A stretch of DNA of 64,000 nt from the NCBI GenBank assembly GCA_963721455.1, contig CAVRJG010000054.1:96001-160000 (forward strand), read 5' to 3'. Positions 32,691 through 43,867 of the stretch are shown here, one piece after another. Within the stretch, counting starts at the first letter, position 1; each line of letters begins with the position of its first letter. The position numbers and the translations under genes are program-made. A model generated the notes under the pieces. The model did not search any database and was not told where the DNA came from. It saw only the letters and a program-made list of their open reading frames with translations. Origin of the DNA: an uncultured Methanosarcinaceae archaeon. GTDB taxonomy: Archaea; Halobacteriota; Methanosarcinia; Methanosarcinales; Methanosarcinaceae.

Positions 32691-32695
32691 GTACC

Positions 32696-34027
32696 ATGAG
32701 CTTGAATAGGAGTTTGTTCATTCTTGCACATCAAATTGGAGATAGAAAATTTTATCATGTATATAAGAAACTGTGCCAATCCCAATGGAAATCTTACCAT
32801 GATCAAAAAGAGGTCCAGGAAAAACAGCTTAGACACATGATCATTTTTGCATATAAGACCGTTCCTTACTACCATAAATTGTTCAACCAATTGAAACTGG
32901 AACCTTCGGACATCAAGACGATTGAAGATCTTGAAAAGCTTCCCATCCTGACCAAAGATATTATTAGAAATAACTGGGAGGATTTCAAACCAGTTAATTT
33001 AGATTCAATGAAATACTCTGTATTTACAACAGGTGGATCCACAGGTAAGCCCTTCCAATTCAGACTGTTGAGGCATGATCGTTTTCTCTCTGGGGCCATG
33101 TTGTATCGTGGATGGGGATACGCAGATTATGAACTCGGGGACAAGATGGTATTACTAGCAGGCGCCTCTCTGGATGTAGGAATTGATTCTTTTATAGTCA
33201 CGGAAGCTCATGAGATCTCAAGGAATATTCGGAAGCTATCTTCTTTTGATATGAGTACTGAGAATATGCGACAATATGCAAAAGTGATTAATTCTTTCAA
33301 ACCTAAATTCATAAGAGGGTATGCTTCTTCTATTAATTTCTTTTCAAGTTTTGTTGGTCAGGAAAAAATTGAGATCACTGCTCCCCGAGCAATTTTTACT
33401 ACTGCGGAAAAACTGATGCCACACATGCGGAAGAATATTGAAAACGTATTTGGGCGTGAAGTCTATGATACCTACGGCATGAACGACGGTGGTGTGAGTT
33501 CTTTCGAGTGCCCGGAGCATAATGGCCTGCATATTGACACTGAAAGAAGTATAATGGAAGTTGTGGATAATAATAATTTACAACTGGAGAATGGAGTTGG
33601 GGGGATACTGGCAACGAGCCTTCATAATTACGCAATGCCTTTCATCAGATATGATACAGGAGATCTCGGACACATTATCAATGATGTTTGTGGGTGTGGG
33701 CGTGGATCCAGGTTGTTAAAGGAAGTCATTGGAAGGCAGCAAGAAATGTTGCAAACTCCGGAAGGGAAGTTTATTCATGGCGAGTTTTTTACACATATTT
33801 TTTGGGAAATTAATGGAGTTAGGGAATTTCAAATCATTCAAAATAAATTAGAAACTATAACTTTAAATATGGTAGTGGAAAAAAATTTTGATGAGAAACA
33901 GCTGGACAGGATCAGGGAGATAATTAAAAGGAAGTCCGATGGGTGGGAAATAAAATTTAGATACGTTGATAAAATTGAAAGGACGACGTATGCTGGAAAA
34001 TATAAGTTTGTAGTAAGTGAGTTATAA
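32696..34027 (+). CDS. Phenylacetate-CoA ligase-like (CapK-type) protein of polysaccharide loci
   Basis: VPYY, LPILTK, TTGGSTGKP, TYG and PFIRYDTGD; ATG at 32696 after AGGGG. Confidence 0.85.
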   Translation: MSLNRSLFILAHQIGDRKFYHVYKKLCQSQWKSYHDQKEVQEKQLRHMIIFAYKTVPYYHKLFNQLKLEPSDIKTIEDLEKLPILTKDIIRNNWEDFKPVNLDSMKYSVFTTGGSTGKPFQFRLLRHDRFLSGAMLYRGWGYADYELGDKMVLLAGASLDVGIDSFIVTEAHEISRNIRKLSSFDMSTENMRQYAKVINSFKPKFIRGYASSINFFSSFVGQEKIEITAPRAIFTTAEKLMPHMRKNIENVFGREVYDTYGMNDGGVSSFECPEHNGLHIDTERSIMEVVDNNNLQLENGVGGILATSLHNYAMPFIRYDTGDLGHIINDVCGCGRGSRLLKEVIGRQQEMLQTPEGKFIHGEFFTHIFWEINGVREFQIIQNKLETITLNMVVEKNFDEKQLDRIREIIKRKSDGWEIKFRYVDKIERTTYAGKYKFVVSEL

Positions 34028-34029
34028 TT

Positions 34030-35217
34030 ATGAAATTTAAAAATTTACTGATAATATCCAACAATTTTCCAAATAGGGATGGAACATATGTTGGAGGAAA
34101 TTTCGTGAAAGAACAAGTAAAGTATCTCAAAGAATATTTTGAGAATATATACGTAGTATCTCCAGTTGCTGTCGGAATGGAACTTTTGAGGAAGACGCGT
34201 CACGAGAATTATACATTTGATAATGTTCATGTCTATTTCCCAAAATATTTTAATTGTCCCTTATTTTTTAAATATGGTCGAGATATCTGGATATATTTCG
34301 AAGAAAAAGCCATAAAGAAATTAATTGAAGATGAGAGTTTAAGATTTGATTTAATTCATGCTCACTTTACATGGCGTGCAGGAGCAGTTGCTGTCAAGTT
34401 AAAGGAAAAATATAATGTTCCTGTGGTGATTACTGAACATACTTCTCAAACATTCACCAACGCTATAAAAAAGAAAAAATCTATATTTGTTCGATCATGG
34501 AACCTATGTGATGCAATAATTCGTGTCAGGAAAGGTGACATACCACTATTCAAAAGTGTTGGAATTCCTCTGGATAAAGTGCACTATATTCCAAATGCTT
34601 ATAATGATGAAGCTTTTCTGGAGTTAGATTCAAAAAACTGCAGAAAGCAGCTAGGATTGCCTTTAGAGAAAAAAATAATATTGAATGTTGGAAATTTGTA
34701 TGGTGAGGTAAAAGGACACAAATATCTCATCGAAGCTATGAACAAAGTTATAGAGCAGAGAAAAGATGTGCTGTGTTTCATAGTAGGAGGGGGAAAATTA
34801 GAGAATATGTTAAAAAAGCAAATTAGCTCTGCAGGTTTGGGGGATTATATAAAATTTGTTGGTAGTAAGCCATATGCTGAGGTCCCTCTGTGGATGAATG
34901 CTTGCGATGTGTTTGTCTTACCGAGTTTAAGAGAAAGTTTTGGTGTTGTTCAAATAGAAGCAATGGGTTGTGGAAAACCAGTTGTTGCGACTTATAATGG
35001 GGGAAGTGAAGAAATTATAACCTCTGAAGATTATGGGTTATTATGCGAACCAGCAAATTCAAATGAATTGGCGAAGAGTATTTTGTCTGCATTAAATACA
35101 TCATGGGATACTAAAAGAATTAAAGAGTATTCTACTCGGTTTACTTGGGATACGGTCTCTAAGGAAATTATGAAGGTTTATTCTAAAATCGGCTCTGTAG
35201 AATCCTCAACAATGTAA
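34030..35217 (+). CDS. GT4 glycosyltransferase (TuaC-like)
   Basis: IHAHF, VGNL..VKG and ESFGVVQIEAMGCGKPVV. Confidence 0.9.
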   Translation: MKFKNLLIISNNFPNRDGTYVGGNFVKEQVKYLKEYFENIYVVSPVAVGMELLRKTRHENYTFDNVHVYFPKYFNCPLFFKYGRDIWIYFEEKAIKKLIEDESLRFDLIHAHFTWRAGAVAVKLKEKYNVPVVITEHTSQTFTNAIKKKKSIFVRSWNLCDAIIRVRKGDIPLFKSVGIPLDKVHYIPNAYNDEAFLELDSKNCRKQLGLPLEKKIILNVGNLYGEVKGHKYLIEAMNKVIEQRKDVLCFIVGGGKLENMLKKQISSAGLGDYIKFVGSKPYAEVPLWMNACDVFVLPSLRESFGVVQIEAMGCGKPVVATYNGGSEEIITSEDYGLLCEPANSNELAKSILSALNTSWDTKRIKEYSTRFTWDTVSKEIMKVYSKIGSVESSTM

Positions 35218-35295
35218 TTTATTTATATGACTTTTTGTTTATTTTGTAGATCTACAGTTTAAATTTCGTTTCTTTATCTTTTCAAAGGCCTAACC

Positions 35296-36585
35296 ATGTT
35301 CCATCTAAAATTCAGCAAAAATGCAAAAAATATTCAATGGTCATTCATCAGTCTTGCTACATCCTCTTTTGCACACCTGCTACTTCGAGTCGTGCTAGGT
35401 AAGGAGCTAGGACCCTCAGGACTTGGCCTGTATACTCTAGTCTTCACAATCTACTTGTTTGGTATGCAGTTTGGAACATTCGGGATTAGTGCAGCTCTGA
35501 CCAACTACATAGCCGAGTACTATGACGATCTTCCCAGGTTAAAGGAACTCGTCTCATCTGGTATTATCGGGTCCATTCTAAGCGGATCTATAATGGGGGT
35601 GTTTCTATACCTGCTTTCCAGTATTATCTCTATCCACCTTTTCCACAATCCTGAAATGGCAAACCTCTTAAGGATCACCGCATTATGTTTCCCATTTATA
35701 TCCATGCAGAAGGCTGTCATTGGAACTCTGAATGGCTTGAAGGAAATGAAACGGTATGCTATTGTTAACACTACCCAGAACTTATTGGTGATGATAGTAT
35801 CTTTTGTTCTGGTGATACTCCTGAATATGGATGTAAGGGGAGCTGTACTTGGCTTTGTTATTCCAACAATGCTGGTAGGCTTACTTTCTCTTACATTTAT
35901 AAGAAACTTTTTCATGTCACCAACAAAACTTATGATTAAGGTCTTTAAAGATATCTCAAGGTTTGGATTCTATGTTGTTCTTGCAAACTCTATCGGAATG
36001 GTCAATACACAGGTCGACAGCCTAATGATCGGTTATTTCATGAACGAGACTGAAGTGGGGTACTATGCGGTTGCGATCCTCTTTCTGCAAGCAGTCACCT
36101 TATTGCCACAGGCAGTACAGGCAGTAACAACACCCACAATTGCAGCCTACTACAGAAAAGGGGATTTTAACAATATCCAACAACTCCTCAAAAACACCAT
36201 ATTCAAGACATCGGCGGCTATATTATGTATCTCACTTATTCTTGCAATCTTCGGCAAGTTTTTGATTACCTTTTTATTTACAGGAGAGTTTCTCCCTGCT
36301 TACTTACCCATGCTTATATTATTAATTGGGTATTTCATTTATTCAGTGTATATATCTATAGGCGGCTGCCTTTCTAGCGTTGGCAAAGTTCATATTTTGT
36401 TCAAGATTGATACAATATGCGCTGGCTTGAACCTACTCTTAAACCTCATACTAATACCACGATTCGGACTCATCGGAGCTGCAAGCGCCACGTCCCTATC
36501 ATTGATTTTTACTACGTTAGTTAAGCTATCTTGTATAAGGCTATATACACAGGAAAAGCAAATCAAAATTAATGAATGCTTATGA
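35296..36585 (+). CDS. Polysaccharide flippase (Wzx/MOP superfamily)
   Basis: ~12 TM segments; LGPSGLGLY, VGYYAVA and LIPRFGLIGAA. Confidence 0.88.
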   Translation: MFHLKFSKNAKNIQWSFISLATSSFAHLLLRVVLGKELGPSGLGLYTLVFTIYLFGMQFGTFGISAALTNYIAEYYDDLPRLKELVSSGIIGSILSGSIMGVFLYLLSSIISIHLFHNPEMANLLRITALCFPFISMQKAVIGTLNGLKEMKRYAIVNTTQNLLVMIVSFVLVILLNMDVRGAVLGFVIPTMLVGLLSLTFIRNFFMSPTKLMIKVFKDISRFGFYVVLANSIGMVNTQVDSLMIGYFMNETEVGYYAVAILFLQAVTLLPQAVQAVTTPTIAAYYRKGDFNNIQQLLKNTIFKTSAAILCISLILAIFGKFLITFLFTGEFLPAYLPMLILLIGYFIYSVYISIGGCLSSVGKVHILFKIDTICAGLNLLLNLILIPRFGLIGAASATSLSLIFTTLVKLSCIRLYTQEKQIKINECL

Positions 36586-36644
36586 TATTATGAAGTAATA
36601 TTAAAGGGTAAAATTTGATTAATTGTACTGAATGTTTAATTAAA

Positions 36645-36725
36645 GAGCTTATCCTAAAACTCAAAATTTGCTCTTGAACCTTGTATTTCGAATAATCGAT
36701 CAAGTTCCTGATCATGAACATAAAT
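36645..36725. mobile_element. Partial MITE family A copy, inverted
   Basis: gagcttatcctaaaactcaaaatttgc matches the reverse complement of the right end of 523-653 and 58835-58963. Confidence 0.6.
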
Positions 36726-36771
36726 TCGGTGTTAATAGCTTAGGACTACGCGGTTGAACTTAGAAATCAAT

Positions 36772-36900
36772 GAGCTTGTTTCAAAACTACCTTCAACTTC
36801 TCTGAACCAATATTTCATAAGATCAATCAAGACTAAAGAACTAAATGGAATAAAGGTTTGCAATTAAAGGCATGGAGAGCCGGAGTTTTGAACTAGGCTC
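36772..36900. mobile_element. MITE family B (~130 bp)
   Basis: TIRs gagcttgtttcaaaac / gttttgaactaggctc; inverted homolog at 39863-39993. Confidence 0.75.
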
Positions 36901-37046
36901 TGGAATAACTCATCATAAAGTATTTGGAAGATATAGAAGTTGTTAAATCACTAAATTCCTCAAAGAACTAAAGTCGATCTATGCCAGAGCCTCATCGACG
37001 CATTGTAGTATAATGCTACTGTTGAACCATTATAGGGGAACTTCCA

Positions 37047-38883
37047 TTGAGAGATGCCATAAAGATCCTGATATTACTGCTGTTTGTAGGGGGTTTATGT
37101 ATGCTGTTCTCATACATTGCAATCCTTTATAACCCCATATCGACAGGTGATTTGTTTGTATCGCATGAAGCAGCTTACGATGTCGGTATTTCAAAACAAT
37201 CTGGAAATATTGTTGCAGAAGATTATAATGGAAAAACAATAGCATCAGGGATCTCCAATCTTGACGATGAATCTGTTATTCAAAAAGCATTTGATTCAAT
37301 TACTGATGAGGGTATAATCTATTTTGATAACAGTAAATATAGTATATCAAGACCTATAACATCAATTGGTAAAAATATTGAAATAAAAGGAAATGATACA
37401 GAGTTCAATATTAATACAGGAAGCAGTGAACCTGGATTTTCTTTTAGTGGTGAATTAATAAAAATTACCCCTGTTTTGTATGATGCAAATAAAGGAAATA
37501 ATGTAGTAAGTTTAAAAGACGCTTCAGGTACAAGTGACGGCGATTTAATAAAAATTTATAATGATATGTTGTGGTGTCCAGATGATTACCCAGCCCACAA
37601 AACTGGAGAAATGTACACAGTCGAAAGTGTGTCCCGGAAACAATTTAAAATTAAATTCTAACCTCCTAAGGGATTATACTACTAAATTAAATTCAGAAGC
37701 ACGAATTTATAGGCCTGTAACCATAAAAATTGATGGTTGTACATTTCTAGGTACGGGTTCAAAAGAAGAAGTAAGGGGTGTAAAGTTAGAGTTTTGCAAA
37801 AATTCAAAAATATCAAATTGTTATTTTGACAACAATGGGATGGCTGCAATATCTCTCTACACATGTTACGGTGTTGACGTTAGTAAAAATATAATATTGA
37901 ATTCAAATATGCCAGGTTATGGATATGGTGTTTCAATTGCTAATGCTTGCACAGATATAACTATTCAAGATAATGATATCCAAACATGTAGACACTGCAT
38001 AACATCTGGTCGTTCGGACAATTATGGGGAAAATAGGGATATATACATATCAAACAATACTTTACATAACGGTACAAACGCCGTCATAGATTCGCATCAG
38101 TCAACAATAAATTACAAAGTTACGAACAATAAAATATATTGCGGCTCACAGTGTGCATTCCTTGATGGCACTGCGTATTCCATATTTGCAAATAATGAAG
38201 TTTATGAAGCCTACGGTGAAAACAGTAATAGTGCTATTTTTAAAAGGGGTCATATTGCTGATTCCAGGAAAATAATAACTGGAAATTATGTAGAATGTGC
38301 CTCTCTAATTTCTGAAAGTAATGGAAATATAAGTGAATTAACCGTCTCAAATAACAATGTTATAGGTACGAAGACAGCTGACGTAATATTACTTGATGAC
38401 ATGAATATTAAAAAAGTTGTTATCACTAACAATTCAGTAACTTCCGGAAGATCAGGGATACACATTACTGGAGGTAACATAACAAACATTAGTATATCAG
38501 ACAACACTATTGAAAACGTACAAAGAACAGGAATCTTGATTGATACCTCTGACACCATTTTAAATCTCTCCAACAACACAATAAACAATGCAAGTAGAGA
38601 AGAAACAGGTTATAGTGCCATTGATCTGTATAATGTAAAATATGCAAGTATCCATGGTAATAAAATATCCGATAGCTACGGTCAAACAAAGTACGGAGTA
38701 TGTGAAGACCCAGACTGTGATTATAATTCCATCTATAGTAATTGGATAGAAAATATGAACTCAGGCGTCATTTATATTCAGGGAACTCACTCGACAGAAA
38801 AAAACAATGGTGTCAGAAATAGCCAATTCCCCGCTTCCTCAGCTATCGATCAAAAGGTTACCGATGGTGGGATCAGAATCTGA
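37047..38883 (+). pseudogene. Membrane-anchored right-handed beta-helix (pectate-lyase-like) protein with +1 frameshift at ~37635
   Basis: N-terminal TM and Asn-rich PbH1-like repeats; removing one C from gtgtcccgga joins the two track ORFs (ESVSGNNLKL). Confidence 0.75.
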
Positions 38884-39099
38884 TCCTTATAAGAGGTTCC
38901 TTTAGTTCTATCGATCCGTTGGAAATGTGACCGCTTGCACAATCAAGCACTATATTTAAGGAGTCGCAGAGGACACCGAAAGCAGAGTTTCAATCGCGTG
39001 GATTAAGGAAATCTGGGCAAAGGAAACCCGGTGATTTCTGAGAAACCAGCGTGTGGCCCGGAGCCTACTCTCTCCGTCAGGGTGAGATGGTCGCACGCA

Positions 39100-39830
39100 A
39101 TTTGATTACTCCAATAGTTTCTGCAAATCTATGCGAATCATATTCTGCTCCAGGTCGAATAACGATTCTTAATAGAAGACCCTCCGAAGTTACAGCTGCA
39201 TGAATCTTTATTCCGTTTCTCTTTTGAATCTATTATACTCGACACTTTCTCCCCTTTTTGTTTCTACAAAACTGCTATCTACTGCAACAATGCCAGGGGA
39301 GATCTGTCCTCGCTCCGACCTTCCGCAGATGTCTTCAAGAAAATAACATCTCTCTTGCTATCGTTTTTGGATGTTTGCTCTAAAATTTGCAATTATTATC
39401 TCAACTGAAGCTTCCTGAAATATAAGTTAGAAGCTTTCAATGAAGATACAAGATTGAAAAGTGTAGGACATTTCAAAAAAACATGTTTGAATAAGCAGGG
39501 CAATTTTCAGAAAAACGATAGCAGAAAAAATTGTGAAAATTGAACGGACATCTGCGGAAGTCAGCTCGCTGATAAGAATCATCTTTGGGATAATTTACAA
39601 TCATATCCCAAATACCTTCTTCAGATCACCGTTTTAAATGTCTCCATAAAGTTACGTAAGACCCGTATTTGTTGGGCATATCTCTCCATTGACAACCTGT
39701 GACAATAACATAAAGAATACCGTTGATAATCTGACGATCATTTACTCTCTTTCTCCCATCCTCAGGTTGGGGAGGAAGGTGTGAGCGAATATAAGCCCAT
39801 TGAGCATCACTAAGTTCTTCTAAATGTATG
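39100..39830 (-). pseudogene. Degraded IS5-family transposase interrupted by a MITE
   Basis: Minus-strand fragments GRKRVNDRQIINGILYVIVTGCQWRDMPNKYGS, AVDSSFV and GIKIHAAVTSEGL..IVI.PG.EYDS. Confidence 0.8.
39315..39564. mobile_element. MITE family C (250 bp)
   Basis: TIRs ccgaccttccgcagatgtc / gacatctgcggaagtcag; 6-bp TSD ctcgct (39309-39314, 39565-39570). Confidence 0.88.
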
Positions 39831-39862
39831 TTATTTCCCTATCTAAAGTAGAATCAAATGAT

Positions 39863-39993
39863 GAGCTGGTTTCAAAATTCCGACTATTCATGTTTTTGAC
39901 CAAAAGCAGGTGTTCAATTTAGTTCTAATGATCTTGATTATCTTCTCAGAAATATTGGTTCAGAGGGATTGGAGGTATTTTTGAAACAAGCTT
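39863..39993. mobile_element. MITE family B, inverted relative to 36772-36900
   Basis: atttagttct...aaatattggttcagag...tttgaaacaagct aligns to the reverse complement of 36772-36850; extra TIR at 40004-40017. Confidence 0.75.
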
Positions 39994-40299
39994 GAGATAT
40001 AACTTTGAAACAGGCTCAGTGAGTAAAGTTATTATAAAAGTAACTCCTTTGATGTATAAAATAATTTGATATACATAGTTTGTTTAATTGCTTATAATCA
40101 TTTACTAAAAACATAAGGGAAGGTATTGCTTCATTAGTTGGTTGATATTTCATCTTAGAATACACTTTGTTCACTTGCACCTGTTGTATAAGCTTACTTA
40201 TGTACGGGTACACAACTCGGAAAATGGAAGCAGATGCGAGTATGCGAATTGTTTTGAAAAATATCAACTTATTATTGAGGGACCACTTAAGGGGAACAT

Positions 40300-42267
40300 T
40301 TGATGTTATTTAAAGAAATAGCACCAATAATCATATTATTGACTTTAATCATTTCGGCGCCAATTGCTGTAAAAATTAAACGTTCTAACCTCTTAACTAT
40401 TGATGGGATGTTTGCAATTTTTGGAACGATATTGGGATTACTAATATCCTTCTTGAACTTGATATACAGTAATAATTACCTTATCTCATTGGGGCCTCTC
40501 CTTACAATTGCATCCCTTTTGTACTTGAGATTTAGAACTAAATTATTGGCAGACGACATAGACCTAAACCTTAACCTTAGTAATCGGGCACTAAAGATTA
40601 TTCAAATTATTTACTGGATTTGCATTTTAGTAGCATTGATAAGTTATTATCAGGCAGAGCCATACTATCGCCCTATAATATTCTTTGTCAGCGTATCAAT
40701 GGCTGTAGGATCTTTAGGGCTAGAGATTTTGTCACGTACCTATGAAGAAGATGTCCTACTCTATACTTTATTTTCTAAGATACTCATATTATCCCTTATC
40801 CTGAGATTAAGTGCTTATTTTATATCCCCCTACCCTGTTGGTATAGATCCGTGGAAACATGCCGACTTGATAAAAGACATTTCCATCTACGGAACCAGTT
40901 ATTTGCCCAAACATTCATATTACAGCAATTATCCTTTGATGCATATCTATGCATCCATTTTAAGTCTCCTGGGAAACCTGACCACAAAAGGTGCAATGTC
41001 TATCATAGGAGTGGTGCTTACAGTTAGTACTATTTTTGTATATACATTTGTCAAAAAAATTACGAATAGTGTTCAACTTGCATTATTCTCAATGTTACTT
41101 ATAAATTTTTCAGACTTCCATATTCAATGGAGCATTCAATTACTTGCTATGAGTTTTGGAATTGCCATCTATACGATGATTGTCTATCTTTTAATTGAGC
41201 AAAAGGAGAAAATAAACACTCTATTCAAAATATTCTCAATGTTAGCCATATTCGTTATCACATGGACCCACACAATATCAACATTTATTTATATTGTCTC
41301 ACTGATCTCATTATGTGCTGGATCTTATATATATGAACGTATGTATGCCACTAAAAACAACTCCGCCAGATTGAGAGCAGATCTTTTTCTTTGTATATTT
41401 TCTATACTAATATTGATCTATCACTGGTCGGATCCAAGATATCCCTTTCTTGAAGGAACAGTAAATGGACTGGGAAATTCATTTTTATCTGAGGCAAAAT
41501 TCTTAGGGCGGAGCGCGATTCCGGGTGCAGGAGACTCCTTGTCCTCGATTCTTGACATTCTTGGGTTCCTCATTTTCATTTTTTTTGGGGTTATTGGAAG
41601 CCTTCACAGCTTATCAAAAGGACATCAAACTAGAACTAAAGTGTCCTTAATCTTCATGCTTGTTGTACTATTCTCAATCTTTTTTACCTTTCCTGTAATG
41701 GGAATCAGAAATATCGTGCCATTCAGATGGCCAGCGTTTATATACACGACTTTTGTATTGTTTTCTGGGATTGGAATCTTCAAAATAACCAGCACTATCA
41801 AAGGCAGACTTTTCAAAGCTGTTTTTATCTCTATATTACTTATAATATTTTCATTTTTTATGATAACGAATTCTTTTGTAGATGTGGATTCTCCTATTTA
41901 TGGAAAAAATCTCACTCACAAAATGATCTGGACTGAATCTGAAGTCGAAATGTGTAGAAATATTAACAATTCTTATGACGATCTTATTCTAACAGATGCC
42001 ATGACAGTCGATAATATATTCCAAACATATTTATCTAGAGGTAAAGTAGCAGAGTATGCAGTTACTCCAGCAGGAACTTTAAATTGGGAGCGTATGGGAG
42101 ACAAAATGTTAATTTGGAGAAAAATCAGTTTAGATAGGCCTATAAAAGTTCAATATTCTCCTAAAATGTTACTTGGACCTTTTTTTAAATACAACCTCGA
42201 CAACAAATGTCATGTGATATATGACAGTGGATATGCGAAGGCGTACTTAGGCATTAACAGAATATAA
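40300..42267 (+). CDS. Polytopic membrane protein of glycan loci (DUF2206-like; possible polymerase or GT-C fold)
   Basis: >12 TM segments, G.DP..H and YSNYPLMH loop, soluble C-terminal domain. Confidence 0.65.
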   Translation: MMLFKEIAPIIILLTLIISAPIAVKIKRSNLLTIDGMFAIFGTILGLLISFLNLIYSNNYLISLGPLLTIASLLYLRFRTKLLADDIDLNLNLSNRALKIIQIIYWICILVALISYYQAEPYYRPIIFFVSVSMAVGSLGLEILSRTYEEDVLLYTLFSKILILSLILRLSAYFISPYPVGIDPWKHADLIKDISIYGTSYLPKHSYYSNYPLMHIYASILSLLGNLTTKGAMSIIGVVLTVSTIFVYTFVKKITNSVQLALFSMLLINFSDFHIQWSIQLLAMSFGIAIYTMIVYLLIEQKEKINTLFKIFSMLAIFVITWTHTISTFIYIVSLISLCAGSYIYERMYATKNNSARLRADLFLCIFSILILIYHWSDPRYPFLEGTVNGLGNSFLSEAKFLGRSAIPGAGDSLSSILDILGFLIFIFFGVIGSLHSLSKGHQTRTKVSLIFMLVVLFSIFFTFPVMGIRNIVPFRWPAFIYTTFVLFSGIGIFKITSTIKGRLFKAVFISILLIIFSFFMITNSFVDVDSPIYGKNLTHKMIWTESEVEMCRNINNSYDDLILTDAMTVDNIFQTYLSRGKVAEYAVTPAGTLNWERMGDKMLIWRKISLDRPIKVQYSPKMLLGPFFKYNLDNKCHVIYDSGYAKAYLGINRI

Positions 42268-42802
42268 ATTTTAACAGACATACCCTGGGAATAAGACCTT
42301 ACTTTCGGCAGATAACTTGTTTTTCCTGATGTCTTTAGTGATAGCGTTTTGTTGGAAAACACATTACCCCCATACTAAACATTATTGCAAAAATAGTTTT
42401 GTTGTTTACATGTCTCATGAGATTCGAACCATATGTTAACCGCTCAGGACTCTACATTTATTTGCATAATGTTTATAAAACGCAGTCACTTAATATATTC
42501 TAATTCTAATGTCGACCTGGCGAAAACTCAGAATCAATTTCCCTGTGTTCAGACCATATGCCCGAATCTATGTGAATTTCCCCTGTGTTAACATTCAAGA
42601 TAAATTTTATTACTTGGGGAGTGCGGAGGGTCACGAATACCCCTTTTGGGTGGGGTGGCCGCATGCAATTTGATTTTAAGTTAATCAAAGCATCCTGAAA
42701 CAAGATTCAAGACCGTAGTTACTCCACGCTTCTTCGGCATCTCAGCAGGACAGATAAGCAATTCGAAATTTTCACCTAAAAATAGACCGCAATAAAAGTG
42801 GC

Positions 42803-43105
42803 TCAGTAATTTTCAAGCACGGAGCCGACAATGTTTTTGTAATTCTCTTTCAGGGAATAGACGTTGTGATCCCCGGTGACATTTATGCTCAGGATCCCGA
42901 GCCTTGTGTTCATAAGCCCTACCATAGCTGACACTCCCCGGTAGCTTACCTCGAAATTTCCTTTATCCAGGTAATCGTAAACTTCACCGGTGGTGAACTT
43001 GTCTCCGGTCAGGAAGAGGTTGAGCACAACCTTGCGTATCCCGTTTTCATCCCTGCCGAGATACTTTATCAATCTCGCTCTTACCCTTTCTTCCGCAGTT
43101 TGCAG
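42803..43105 (-). CDS. DUF2551-like winged-helix protein
   Basis: KYLGRDENGIRKVVL...VSAMVGLMNTRLGIL; frame extends to a CTG at 43105 just after GAGGTG. Confidence 0.75.
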   Translation of the reverse strand: MQTAEERVRARLIKYLGRDENGIRKVVLNLFLTGDKFTTGEVYDYLDKGNFEVSYRGVSAMVGLMNTRLGILSINVTGDHNVYSLKENYKNIVGSVLENY

Positions 43106-43292
43106 TTTCGGACACCTCAGTTAATGATAATTGAATTACATTGATCCAGCATTATATTACTCACTATTCTTCTACGTTATAAAATGTGCGACCTCCGAGC
43201 AAGGGCGCTAAGAAACGAATACCCTATATCCTTATCGTTTATATATTTTAGGATTGCTTTTTTGAATTATTTATATAATGTATGAATTTAAT

Positions 43293-43490
43293 GTAACTAT
43301 TCAGGTATCAAAAAGTGACCCTATTGATCTCGATTAAGGTAATTCAGAGAACCCAAATTATTTGTCCGCAAAGGACTTAAAAACATTATCGTTTGACAGC
43401 AGTTAAATAAAATAGATTCATATAAATTACACGGAGAAAATCTGATAAATTGAGGTTATTAATCACGATTAATAGTGCTCGAATAGTTAC
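43293..43490. mobile_element. IS66-derived MITE (198 bp)
   Basis: Ends GTAACTATTC / GAATAGTTAC with a perfect 8-bp TSD aatttaat. Confidence 0.88.
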
Positions 43491-43867
43491 AATTTAATGT
43501 TAATACAAGGTTTTTCAGCATGCTGTTAACGGTGATGAATAATCTACGTTTTCAACGGATTAAAATTTCCCGCTCTCAATGTTTAATAAAGTTTGAGGAT
43601 TGTGAACCGTGTTGAAAAAGGAGGAATTGTTTATATAGGATTTAAGTTCACAACACTTGAGCATAAACGACAATGCATATCGCAGGGAAAAGCGGGGGTG
43701 CCACCATTGGGCTGTATTCCAGCAACTCCAGAGTCATTTTCCTACCTCCCTCAAGCCCGGGTAAGGGGCAGGAGTTCTTCTCGATAATATCCTGCAGGGC
43801 TTCATTCAGTAAATTCTTTAGTATATGGAGAATATGAAATTTATATACGGAAATATAGTAGATATAC

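Noticed and set aside
32417-32695. N-terminal extension of the 536-aa track ORF
   Set aside because: Remnant of another gene; the CapK-like protein starts at ATG 32696 with its own RBS
38940-39098. Possible IS200/IS605 right-end remnant
   Set aside because: Only a vague hairpin-like resemblance; no tnpA or tnpB sequence recognisable
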